A stretch of 64,000 nt of DNA from Cyanobacteria bacterium J06623_4 (lineage in GTDB: Bacteria; Cyanobacteriota; Cyanobacteriia; Phormidesmidales; Phormidesmidaceae). The stretch covers positions 39,001 to 103,000 of the forward strand of contig JBCBIK010000001.1 in the NCBI GenBank assembly GCA_038524545.1. Direction: 5' to 3'. Within the stretch, counting starts at the first letter, position 1. Every line of letters starts with the position of its first letter. This document shows positions 49,496-59,500 of the stretch, one piece after another. A program made the position numbers and the translations under genes. The notes beneath the pieces were generated by a model, which had not been told where the DNA came from, did no database searches, and worked only from the letters and a program-made list of their open reading frames with translations.

Positions 49496-51541
49496 ATGGT
49501 CAGAAAAATTGCATTACTGATTGGAGTTGGTGAGTATGGCACTGGGCTCAAACCGCTTCAGTGTCCGCTTAATGGGGTCGAAGCCATGGGCGCGGTTTTG
49601 GCCAATCCTGAGATTGGTGGATTTGACGAGGTGATTGCGCTGACCAATCCCAACGTGGGAGAAATGCGATCGCGCATATCAGAGATTTTTGCGCAGCTCA
49701 CCAAGCAAGACCTGATTCTCTTTTATTTCACCGGCCATGGTCTCAAAGACATGACGGGCGACTTCTATCTCACAACTAGCCAAACAGAACTCTTTTCGAG
49801 CGGGCGGCCCAATGCTGGAACCGCAGTAGAAGCAGACTTTTTGAGGCGAGAGCTGAGCAATGCCCGGGCTGAGAGAAAGGTGGTCATTTTAGACTGCTGC
49901 TTTGGGGCGGCGTTTGCCGATGGCTTTTTGACGATGAATGACAGCAGCATTGATATTGAAGCGCAGCTTGGCGGCAAGGGCTGGTGTGTGCTGACCGCTT
50001 CTACCTCCGTGCGCTACGCCCTCGAAGAAGACGGAGAGGCGCTCTCTGTGTACACCCGCTACCTAGTAGAAGGGCTTAAGACCGGTGGCGCGGCTCCCGA
50101 TGGGCAAAGTTACATCTCTGCGCAAAACTTGCATGAGTATGTAAAAGCGCAGGTAGAGGTGGCCGCCCCTGCCATGCAGCCCGCTATTTTCAACCGAGAG
50201 CAGGGCTATCAGATTGCGATCGCCAGCGTCCAAATCAACAACGAACAGCGCTATCGCAAGCAAGTACAAAAGAAAGTGCGCAATGGCACCATTGGCCCGG
50301 CAGGTATGGCCGTTCTTAGCCAGTGGCAGCAGCGCCTTGGCCTGTCGGATATTCAGGCAAAAGCCATTGAAGACGAAATTCTCCGGCCCTACAGAGAAAG
50401 GCAAAAGCACCTCGCACTCTACACCAAAGCTCTAGAAGCTGAAAAAACAGTCTCTTATCCTCTCAATGACATCGCCATTCAAGACCTTAAAGATCTTCAG
50501 CGGTTGCTCAGTTTACGAGATGAAGACGTGCAGGCTGTAGAGCAGCAGGTCCTGGGCCACAAGGCTCGGCCAGGCAACAACTCTTCAGCGCCGCCCCAGA
50601 TCGCTATACAGCCTGCTAAAAAGCCCACACGCACTGCAGCCACCCAGCGCTGGGTGCCCTCCGCTAGAGTCAAAGCAACGCCGACTGTTGCCGCGCGGTA
50701 TTCAACGTTTCGCTTCAAAACTGTTCGGGTAAATGCCCAGGGTGAGATTGTCAAAACCTCTCGACATGAGGCCAAAACATTTACTCAAGATCTCGGAAAG
50801 GGCATCTCAATGGAGATGGTACGCGTGCCCGGAGGCACTTTTAGAATGGGCGCGGCCAGAGGAGAAAAAGAAGCCAATGACAACGAGTACCCCCCGCGCG
50901 AAAAGAGAGTGTTTGACTTTTGGATGGGCAAGTACACCGTTACTCAGTCTCAGTGGAAAGCGGTGATGGGGCCAAAAGTGATTGCGCCGCAAGATGCGCC
51001 CTACACGGCCACCCGCATTAAAAAGCCCCTACAGCCGATTGAAAACATCTTTTGGACCGATGCTGTTGAATTTTGCCAGCGGCTCTCTCGGCAGACGGGC
51101 CGCACCTTTCAGCTGCCTAGCAGCAGCCAGTGGGAATATGCCTGCCGGGCCGGGACGACAACGCCATTTTGTTTTGGCGAGACCTTGACCCCGGATCTGG
51201 CCAACTACAATGGCAATTACAGCTACGGCCAAGGACCTAAGGGAAGATACCGAGAGAGCACCACCGAAGTTGGCTGCTTTCCGCCCAATGCCTTCGGCCT
51301 CTACGATATGCATGGCAATGTTTGGGAGTGGTGCCTAGACGGCTGGCAGGCGCTCGATCAAAACAACACGGCCAGTGGCAATATGCAAAGGCTCTCCGGG
51401 CAACAAAAGTCGCTGAGGGGTGGTAGCTGGTTTTATCTGCCGACAAACTGCCGCGCGGCCTATCGACTCACTTACCCATTTCATAATAGAACTGACGACA
51501 TTGGCTTTCGGGTGGTGTGCCTATCGCCGGAAGGTGCGTAG
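49496..51541 (+). CDS. Orthocaspase (peptidase C14) fused to a C-terminal FGE-sulfatase (SUMF1-like) domain
   Basis: Caspase dyad: FYFTGHG (His81, nt 49736-49738) and ILDCCFG (Cys134/135, nt 49895-49900). The central segment has helical LGLS..A..IE repeats. FGE motifs: RVPGGTFRMG, WEYACRAGT, HGNVWEWC, LRGGSW and IGFRVV. Confidence 0.9.
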   Translation: MVRKIALLIGVGEYGTGLKPLQCPLNGVEAMGAVLANPEIGGFDEVIALTNPNVGEMRSRISEIFAQLTKQDLILFYFTGHGLKDMTGDFYLTTSQTELFSSGRPNAGTAVEADFLRRELSNARAERKVVILDCCFGAAFADGFLTMNDSSIDIEAQLGGKGWCVLTASTSVRYALEEDGEALSVYTRYLVEGLKTGGAAPDGQSYISAQNLHEYVKAQVEVAAPAMQPAIFNREQGYQIAIASVQINNEQRYRKQVQKKVRNGTIGPAGMAVLSQWQQRLGLSDIQAKAIEDEILRPYRERQKHLALYTKALEAEKTVSYPLNDIAIQDLKDLQRLLSLRDEDVQAVEQQVLGHKARPGNNSSAPPQIAIQPAKKPTRTAATQRWVPSARVKATPTVAARYSTFRFKTVRVNAQGEIVKTSRHEAKTFTQDLGKGISMEMVRVPGGTFRMGAARGEKEANDNEYPPREKRVFDFWMGKYTVTQSQWKAVMGPKVIAPQDAPYTATRIKKPLQPIENIFWTDAVEFCQRLSRQTGRTFQLPSSSQWEYACRAGTTTPFCFGETLTPDLANYNGNYSYGQGPKGRYRESTTEVGCFPPNAFGLYDMHGNVWEWCLDGWQALDQNNTASGNMQRLSGQQKSLRGGSWFYLPTNCRAAYRLTYPFHNRTDDIGFRVVCLSPEGA

Positions 51542-52297
51542 GGTGAGGAGACTTGCGCCCAGCAGTGCTAGGGGTGCGATCGCACTCGGCTCAGGGACTC
51601 GATTCGCTCTAAACAGCATGGGTAAAGGTCCGGCAGCTGTGCCCGACTGCGCGTCACCAGCCGCAGCTGTGCCAGCTAGGCCGTAGGTACCACCGGGTCC
51701 GCTTGGGTTCCGATCGGTCTGCCAGAAAAAGGTGATTCGCTCGCCGCTGCTCCATTCAGCCAAGGTGGGAATTCGCCAGGCTAAGCCACCCTCCTCAGTT
51801 TCTTCGACGGTCGGTTCATTTTCGCTGCCGAGGGCTGAGTCTGCTTCAGAAAAGCTGTATCCGGCAACGCCGTTGAACCCTGTGGCTGGAAAGGCTAGGC
51901 GAAAGACTTCAGTCTCGCTGAGGGGAAGCACCGTCTCGGGCGCGGGGAAGGGCGGATCGTTTGGAAAATCGACACCGGGGATCACCACGTGAATGTAGGT
52001 GTAGGTGGTGTCAGCGGGGTTTTGGGGTGGCAAGCAGCTCACAAAGCCAGCAGGGCAAGCCACGCTGCTCACCAAGTCACCAATCCCTTCACCCTCCGCG
52101 TTAATAAAAGTAGCCTCGACTTCAGGTCCCACAGGGCCAACAATCTTTGCACCTAGGTTCAATTGATCAAAATCTTGAGGCTCTATGCCTTGGGGTACCA
52201 GCGCGGCGGCCTGCGCAGCCATCGGTAACATGCCAGTAGTGGCAGTAGCGCCAAATCCTACGCTGATTAACACTGTCGAAATTGAACAGATTTTCAT
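51521..52297 (-). CDS. Secreted PEP-CTERM sorting-domain protein
   Basis: N-terminal signal peptide. The C-terminus is VPEPSAIAPLALLGASLLTLRTFRR (PEP motif + TM + basic tail). The 3' end overlaps the caspase gene by 21 bp. Confidence 0.8.
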   Translation of the reverse strand: MKICSISTVLISVGFGATATTGMLPMAAQAAALVPQGIEPQDFDQLNLGAKIVGPVGPEVEATFINAEGEGIGDLVSSVACPAGFVSCLPPQNPADTTYTYIHVVIPGVDFPNDPPFPAPETVLPLSETEVFRLAFPATGFNGVAGYSFSEADSALGSENEPTVEETEEGGLAWRIPTLAEWSSGERITFFWQTDRNPSGPGGTYGLAGTAAAGDAQSGTAAGPLPMLFRANRVPEPSAIAPLALLGASLLTLRTFRR

Positions 52298-52414
52298 AGG
52301 AGAGTGCTCAGAGGTTATTAGCCTGGTGAGGAATCCACAGAATAACTAAGCTAACAGTAAACAGCACCCAATCAATTCAACAGTCGAATTTCTCAATAAT
52401 TCATAAAAACAGTA

Positions 52415-52765
52415 TCACAATACTTTTGCATCTTTGTGAGTGGCAGGCTCTGATGGTGGTTCTGAGGCGTATTTTTTCAAGAAACTTAAGCTACTGCCGA
52501 TGCTCAGCGCCGACAGCACGCTCCCTGCACTCATAAAGCTCAAGATACTGCCTGCGCTGCCAATGCTCAAAATACTGCCCGCACTACAAATGCTCAAAAC
52601 GCTGCCCGCGCTGCCAATACTCAACAAACTACCCACACTTCCTAAGCTCAAAATACTTCGATAGCTGCCCGCGCTCAGCACGCTCTCGGCTGGAGCAAGC
52701 TCGGTAATATGAGCCAGCTGCAGCAGGATAAGTTTGTTGAAAGCTGCTAATTCACCTAGTCGCAT
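52415..52765 (-). CDS. Hypothetical protein made largely of tandem nonapeptide repeats (consensus S-I-G-S-A-G-S-[IV]-L)
   Basis: The ORF lies on the same strand as both neighbours and 30-36 nt downstream of the kinase gene. The coding strand is inferred from context only, because the repeat keeps both strands open. Confidence 0.5.
   Translation of the reverse strand: MRLGELAAFNKLILLQLAHITELAPAESVLSAGSYRSILSLGSVGSLLSIGSAGSVLSICSAGSILSIGSAGSILSFMSAGSVLSALSIGSSLSFLKKYASEPPSEPATHKDAKVL
52538..52672. repeat. Tandem 27-bp (9-codon) repeat array, about 5 clear units
   Basis: Units start at 52538, 52565, 52592, 52619 and 52646 (GCTCAAAATACTGCCCGCGCTGCCAAT-like). More degenerate copies flank these. 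Confidence 0.8.
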
Positions 52766-52800
52766 AGACACTTAGTCACGTAGACACCTAGTAGAGAGTC

Positions 52801-54516
52801 TCAAGCGGTGATGGCTCCCGGATGGGTGTGTTGGTCGCTGCGCTGCCGCCGAAGCACCCAAGATAGAAAAAGACCTTCACATAGCGGGGCCAGCAGCAGC
52901 CAGCCTAACGTGCGAAGCGCACCTTGATTGATCATTTCAAACAAGATAGCGGTTAGCGGTACTGTACACAGGAACCACCAGTGTGCTCGGGGGGTGCGGC
53001 TTCGCAGAGCAGCCCACTGAACGATGCCTATCCATCCGCCCACTAGGGCACCGTTGAGTTCGCTGGTGTAGCCAGTTGCGATCGCCAGTGCAATCATCCA
53101 AAAACCGGCCACCGTCGCGGGTAGCCACCACAGCGCCCCCGGCAGCCACTTTCTAATCGCTAGCCACTGCGTAAACCCCACAAAAAAACCAGCAACCGGC
53201 CAGTGCATCCAATACAGCAGCGTCAAGGCCGAAGACACTTCTGCAGCGGACATGTTTGTCGGATTGGGGTGGGCGGAGAAAGTTAGGCCTGCTGTCATCA
53301 CCGCCGCTACCAAAAAGCCAACGGCCTGACCAATGTAGGAACGTATGCCATAGGTCATCCAGAAGCCAAGACTTACAGGCACTTTATGAATAGGTAACTT
53401 ACCCGGTGAGCGCGCAGGCGAGACCGCCTGAGTTGGGGCTAATTTGGCTGGGTTTTCGGGAGGCTGGCCGTTTGGAGCGTGTTTCTCGGCAGAGTGACTC
53501 TGCGAAGGTCGTTTACCTAGGGAGTGTTTTTCCGAAGTCTGTCCAATCGGAATCGCTGCTAGAGGTACACTACTCGGTCTCTTTTGAGCTGGCGATACGT
53601 TGGCAGAGCGCACAGGTCTCTTTGGAATGACGGGCTGTGGGGATAAGTCTTGCAGGACGGCAGCGGCAGTCGTGTAGCGCTGCTGGTCGTCTACAGCTAG
53701 TAGACGTGTGAGGATGGCGGTGAAGTCGGGGGTGAGCGATCGCTGCACGTATTTAGGCCAGTGCTGCACCCAGCGGTAGCCAGCCAGCGGCACTTCGCCG
53801 GTTTCTAAGGCTTGGCTCAGCAGCTGAAAACAGGTGGCCCCCAGGGCAAAGAGGTCGCTCGCCGGCGTGACTTTGCCCTGGATTTGCTCGGGGGCCGCGT
53901 ATCCGGGTGTGCCAATCGTGGTCGCCGACTTGGAAAAGCCCGACTGCTCTAAAACCTTAGCCACGCCAAAGTCAATCAATACCAGCTCGCCGCTGCGCCG
54001 CCGCATGATGTTATCGGGCTTAATATCGCGATGGATAACGCTGCGGCTATGCACAAACTGCAAAACTGGCAGCAGCCCCTGCAAAATCGCCCTCACTTTG
54101 CCCTCATCGAAGGGTCCTTCTCGCTGCAGCTCGGCCTGTAGCGTTTGCCCCTCGATCACCTCCTGCACTAGGTATAGGTAGCCGCCTTCTTGAAAGTAAG
54201 CCAGTAAGCGCGGAATTTGAGGATGCACAAGCTGATCGAGCCGCTCCGCTTCCTGCTCAAACAGCTGCCGGGCCTTCTCCTGCGACAGCTTATCGGTCCC
54301 TTGATAGGTCAGTCGCTTTACAACGCAGGGCTTGTTGCGATTGTCTAAATCTTCGGCGCGGTAGGTTTTGCCGAAGCCGCCTTGGCCCAAGAGCTGCAGT
54401 ACTTTGAACCGGTTGCGCAGGGTGAGCAGCCTGCCGCAGTACTGGCAGTGAAGGTTACCAGCAGGATTTTGAGGATGTGGACATGCAGGGTTTAGGCAAT
54501 AAATCATCGCAGGCAC
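52801..54516 (-). CDS. Ser/Thr protein kinase with N-terminal 4-Cys zinc-ribbon prefix and C-terminal polytopic membrane domain
   Basis: CLNPACPHP...CQYCG, then GQGGFGKTY, VVKRL, HRDIKPDN, DFGVAK and GTPGYAAPE. After a Pro/Ser-rich linker there are about 6 hydrophobic helices. Confidence 0.9.
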   Translation of the reverse strand: MPAMIYCLNPACPHPQNPAGNLHCQYCGRLLTLRNRFKVLQLLGQGGFGKTYRAEDLDNRNKPCVVKRLTYQGTDKLSQEKARQLFEQEAERLDQLVHPQIPRLLAYFQEGGYLYLVQEVIEGQTLQAELQREGPFDEGKVRAILQGLLPVLQFVHSRSVIHRDIKPDNIMRRRSGELVLIDFGVAKVLEQSGFSKSATTIGTPGYAAPEQIQGKVTPASDLFALGATCFQLLSQALETGEVPLAGYRWVQHWPKYVQRSLTPDFTAILTRLLAVDDQQRYTTAAAVLQDLSPQPVIPKRPVRSANVSPAQKRPSSVPLAAIPIGQTSEKHSLGKRPSQSHSAEKHAPNGQPPENPAKLAPTQAVSPARSPGKLPIHKVPVSLGFWMTYGIRSYIGQAVGFLVAAVMTAGLTFSAHPNPTNMSAAEVSSALTLLYWMHWPVAGFFVGFTQWLAIRKWLPGALWWLPATVAGFWMIALAIATGYTSELNGALVGGWIGIVQWAALRSRTPRAHWWFLCTVPLTAILFEMINQGALRTLGWLLLAPLCEGLFLSWVLRRQRSDQHTHPGAITA

Positions 54517-54829
54517 ACAGGCAGACCGAGGCAGCCATCCGTTTGCTGTGGTGTACCCAATCTAACAGACTGCTCGAATGGGATTGAAGCCCATTGGCAG
54601 AATAGATAAGGTGGTTGATATGCCTGCTGGCCAAGGCCCGCGAGAAGAGGATCTATTCGTCACAATTTTTCCGTGCCAACGTGCGTGGTGGTCGCCTGCA
54701 ATACAAAATTGACTTATGAACAGTTGACGGCTAAATAGTTAGTGTCATTGGTGTCAATTGATAGCGGGCTGAACCCTGCTCAACATTGATTGTAATTCTC
54801 CTGCTTGTACCCCCCCTGAAGGTATCGAT

Positions 54830-56377
54830 ATGGCTACTCCGCTTACTCCGCCTCAGCCCACTTTCGATTGGCAAACGCTGCAAAATGGCTCAGACATTCG
54901 CGGCGTTGCGGTGGAGGGTGTGCCTGGAGAAGCTGTGAACCTGACGGCTGAGGTGGCTTACCGGCTGGGGCAAGGGTTTGTTTGCTGGCTGGCCAAAACG
55001 GTCGATAAAGCAGCTGCAGACCTGACTGTCGCTGTCGGGCGAGATAGCCGAATTTCTGGACCGGCCATAATGACGGCGGTTTCTGAGGGGATGAGAGATT
55101 TGGGGGTGAAAGTGTATGATTTTGCGATCGCCTCCACCCCAGCCATGTTCATGAGCACGGTGACTCCAGGCTACCAGTGCGATGGTGCCATCATGCTCAC
55201 CGCCAGCCATCTCCCTTTTAACCGCAACGGGCTCAAATTTTTTACCGCGCGAGGCGGACTCAACAAACCAGACATTGCTGATATTCTCTCTCTTGCCAGC
55301 CAGAACAACTTTCTCACCGCCGCGACCAAAGGTGAGCTGATCTCACGAGACTTTATCTCAGTGTATGCAGAAGGCTTAGTGCAACAAATCCGCCAGGCTG
55401 TAAACCATCCTGACCACTACGACCAGCCGCTGAAAGGCTTGCATATTGTTGTCGACGCTGGTAATGGTGCGGGCGGATTTTATGCTGATAAGGTTCTCTC
55501 GCCTCTGGGGGCTGACACCACGGGCAGCCAGTTTTTAGACCCGGATGGCACCTTCCCAAACCACATCCCAAACCCTGAGAACAGAGAAGCCATGGCCGCC
55601 ATCCAGCAGGCCGTGCTAAACAACAAAGCCGATTTTGGCATTATCTTTGATACGGATGTGGATCGCTCTGCTGCAGTAGACTCTCAAGGCAAAGAACTGA
55701 ATAGAAATCGCCTGATTGCTCTCATTTCTGCAGTGGTTCTCCGCGAGCACCCTGGCTCTACTATCGTTACCGATTCCATCACATCGGATGGCTTAGCCCA
55801 GTTTATTACCGGCTTGGGCGGCGTGCACCACAGGTTTAAGCGTGGTTATAAAAATGTGATCAACGAAGCTGTTCGACTCAATGAGGCGGGTCAAGAATCA
55901 TGGCTGGCTATTGAGACCTCAGGCCATGGTGCGATGAAGGAAAATTATTTTCTCGATGATGGTGCTTATTTGGTCAGTAAGCTCTTGGTGGAGCTAGCGC
56001 TGGCAAAGCAGTCGGGAAAGGTGATTACAGACTTGATCGCTGAGCTGAAAGAACCTGTAGAGAGTGAAGAATATCGGCTGAAAATTTTAGCAACAGACTT
56101 CAAGGCATATGGCAACAACGTCATTGAAGATTTGCAGGCTTTTTCGGAGGCCCAGGACGGCTGGCAGATCGTGCCGCAAAACTATGAGGGCATTCGGGTG
56201 GCCTGTACTTCTCCCGCCGAAGACGGCTGGTTCCTCGTGCGTCTTTCTCTGCACGACCCTGTGTTGCCGATAAATGTAGAATCTAATGTGGTGGGCGGCG
56301 TAGAAAGTATAACGGCTCGGCTGTTAAGCTTCTTTAAAGATAAGACAGAGCTTGATATCTCTGCGCTAAATGGCTAG
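54830..56377 (+). CDS. Alpha-D-phosphohexomutase (phosphomannomutase/phosphoglucomutase family)
   Basis: Active-site TASHLPFNRNG, metal loop FDTDVDR and sugar loop ETSGH. Confidence 0.9.
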   Translation: MATPLTPPQPTFDWQTLQNGSDIRGVAVEGVPGEAVNLTAEVAYRLGQGFVCWLAKTVDKAAADLTVAVGRDSRISGPAIMTAVSEGMRDLGVKVYDFAIASTPAMFMSTVTPGYQCDGAIMLTASHLPFNRNGLKFFTARGGLNKPDIADILSLASQNNFLTAATKGELISRDFISVYAEGLVQQIRQAVNHPDHYDQPLKGLHIVVDAGNGAGGFYADKVLSPLGADTTGSQFLDPDGTFPNHIPNPENREAMAAIQQAVLNNKADFGIIFDTDVDRSAAVDSQGKELNRNRLIALISAVVLREHPGSTIVTDSITSDGLAQFITGLGGVHHRFKRGYKNVINEAVRLNEAGQESWLAIETSGHGAMKENYFLDDGAYLVSKLLVELALAKQSGKVITDLIAELKEPVESEEYRLKILATDFKAYGNNVIEDLQAFSEAQDGWQIVPQNYEGIRVACTSPAEDGWFLVRLSLHDPVLPINVESNVVGGVESITARLLSFFKDKTELDISALNG

Positions 56378-56526
56378 TAGGGCTATGTACAAAGCCTATA
56401 CTAGAAGCCGCATAAACGCAGAGAACGACTACGGCAGTAGTGGTGAAGCAGCAATATCAATATCTAGAACCGAAGCATCATCCTTATTGGTCATATCGTT
56501 TCATAAATAGTCAACGCGGTCGATCC

Positions 56527-59500
56527 TCATCTCTCTCTTTTTGACGGAAGCTGAATGCAAAACTCAGTGCCCTGTCCCAGCTCAGACTGGACGAGCAAAC
56601 TGCCGCCATGTTTTTCAGTGACGATTTGCCGGGCGATCGCTAATCCTAGCCCGGTTCCTTGACCCACTCCCTTAGTCGTAAATAAGTGCTCAAATATTTT
56701 GGCACTAATGTCTTCAGGCATCCCCTTACCATTATCGGCAATACGAATTTCAATCGTTTTTTTAGAAGCCACTGTTGTTTCAACCGTTGAAATCGTAATG
56801 CGCTGCGGATTGTTTTTGAGTTCTGCGAAGGTGGTCTGTTGTGCAGCTTCATCAAACACATCAATCGCGTTGGCCAAAATGTTCATAAACACCTGGTTGA
56901 GCTGACCGGGAAAACAGTGAATTCTGGGAAGATTACCATATGCCTTAACAACCTCAATGGCAGGTCGCTGTTCATTGGCCTTAAGGCGATGCTTGAGGAT
57001 AAGAATCGTACTGTTCAATCCCTCATGAAGATTAAACTCAGTTTTGTGTTCTTTGTCAGCCCGAGAGAAGGTGCGAAGGCTAGTGCTGATGTTTTTGATG
57101 CGATCAGCGCCCAGATTCATTGAGTTCAATAGGTCGGGTAAATCTTTACGAATAAACTCTAAGTCAATGGTTTCGAGCTCTTCTTCTATTTCTTCACTCA
57201 GCTGTGGTGTTGTTTCCAAAAATAAATCAATGAGCCCTAGCAAGTCACTAATATATGCTTGAGCGGGCTTGATATTGCCCTTGAGGAAGCCGACTGGATT
57301 GTTGATTTCGTGGGCGACGCCAGCGACCAGATTACCCAGGGCTGACATTTTTTCGCTTTGAACGAGCTGTAGCTGTGATTGCTCTAGCTGCTTGGCGTAC
57401 CCTTGGGCCTGCTGATACAGGCGGGCGTTTTCCAGAGAAATAGCTGCTTGAGTACAGAGAAAGTTGAGAATTAGCACCCGCTCTGTTGTAAATATTTCAC
57501 TGGCTAGTTGATTTTTGAGATATAAAACGCCGATCAGCTTGCTATGGCTCAAAATTGGTAAACAGAGTAGACTGCTTGGCCGATTTTGTCTGAGGTAATC
57601 ATCAATCACCGGTAGGTCGGATTCTAAATTGTTGATGATTACCGTTTCCTGAGTGTTTTTAACATATTGAATCAGCTTGATCGGTAGGTTGACATGTTCT
57701 ATCAAAGCTTCTTTGCAGAGTTTTGTTTTTACCGGTGTACGGCTTTTCTCTTGAGAGCGTTCTGCAACCGCGCGCACCTGCCAGTCTCCACTTTCATTGG
57801 GTAATAGCAGCGCGCAGCGATCGCCCCCCGAGTTTTGCAAAATAATTTGAGTGAGCTGACATAGCAACTCATCTAGCTCAATGGTGCTAGAAAGTGCCTG
57901 AGATGCTTTCAAAATACTGGCAAAATCAAATGCCTGGTTGAAGCTAGTGCTGCTAGAACTATGACAACTCCCTGTGTGAATTGAGGCAGGAGTAGCAATA
58001 GTCATCAGCGTAGTCAACATGTTGCTAGAAGATGCGACGGTTGGCTGCAAGATGGGGCGTAACAGCTCAGGGTAGCGAGTTTCCAGGTCAGCAACTTTGG
58101 CCTTCGCGCCCCAGTGAGAATAGCAATAGTAGGCGTCTTGCATATACCCTGCGGCTACTTTCTCTTTGCCCCAGTCCAGGTAAAACTTCGCCGCCAGCTC
58201 ATTGGCCAGTGCCTCTTCTGGAAGATATTGATTCTCTTTTGCGCCAGCGATCGCACGATCATAATAATCAATGGCGTTTGCGTTTTCTCCCAGGACTCGA
58301 CATTTTTCTGCCGCTACCAAGTCATACTTATGCCGAAAGTTCATCGGCGCAGCTTCCGCCCAAGACAGCATTTTCTGCTGATTTGCTTCAGCCGCCGCTA
58401 GATAAGTCTGTTGTGTTGATTCCTCGACATCACTCGATAGAGCAATGAGTGAAAGCGATTTATAGAAATTTTGGAGGCTAATGGGAACCCATCCTCCCAC
58501 AGCAGGGATATACTGCTCAGCTTCTCTCGCTTGTAAGATTGCACCTTCGTAATCGCCCCACAAGTAGAGCAGTAATTCCTTGGCAATGTGCAGCTTGAGC
58601 AATCCCCAGGTGTCGCCTTGTTTAGGTAACTCAGAAAACAAATAACGCTCATCAGCCGCCTCTCCCACTAGCTGCAAGACATCCTCAGAAAGTCCTTGCA
58701 AGTTGAGATTCAGCTGCTTCCAAATGTTCATCAGATGAATCGTGTAGTCAATTTTCTTACGAGCGAGTGCGTCTATATAAGAGCGCTGAGTATCCAATAG
58801 ACTATCTAAATTGAGACCTACTAAAAATGAATTGCTACAGTAATTTGAGGCGCTGTAGCTGGCATACAGTAAGTCTCCATTTTCGAGCCCAATCTGAAAA
58901 GCTTTTGCAGAGGGTTCTAGCGTTGTTCTCAGATGCTTTTTCCAAGGAACAATAAACTGATAGACCATCGTCATTATCTGACAGGCCAGCGTCTTAGTTT
59001 CAAAGATTTCTAGCAGCCTGAGGGCAATCTGCCCCGCCTGATAGCCTTTATCAATTTCTCCCAAATAGCCACACAGCAATGAGCCATACCAGCCGTATGC
59101 AAACGCCGAAAACTCGCAGTAGCCTGCTTCTAAAGAGAGCTGTACCTGCGTGGAAACAATTGGTAGCAACAGCTGTGGTCTGGCAATTGTTGCAGCAGAC
59201 GTTGCCGATAGCAGCAGTCGAATGGTGGCAAGCTGTGAGGGATCAGTTATTCGGTGTCCATGTGCCAAGTCTTCGATTTGTGGCAGCGCAATCTCTTGCT
59301 GACCGTATTGAATAATTTTCTCTTCAGATAGCCCCAGTTTTTCTAGAATTTCTAAGGAGATTTCGAGCGCTGCTTCTGCTTTTTGCTCGGCAATTTTTTG
59401 ATGGATTCTCAGCTCGTGAATTTTTACAGCATCTAATAGCTGAATGTCTTGGTTAAGTGCAGCCTCAGTATAGTCCTCGGCTAGCTGAAATTCTCCATTG

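Noticed and set aside
49366-49533. A 55-aa ORF between the EACC1-like and caspase genes that overlaps the caspase start.
   Set aside because: It has no recognisable motif, overlaps the well-supported caspase ATG in another frame, and is below the level I can support.
52440-52664. A plus-strand 74-aa ORF (LPALPMLKILPAL...).
   Set aside because: It mirrors the 27-bp repeat array. The repeat keeps both strands open, and gene context (same-strand neighbours, tight spacing to the kinase) favours the minus strand. This remains unproven.
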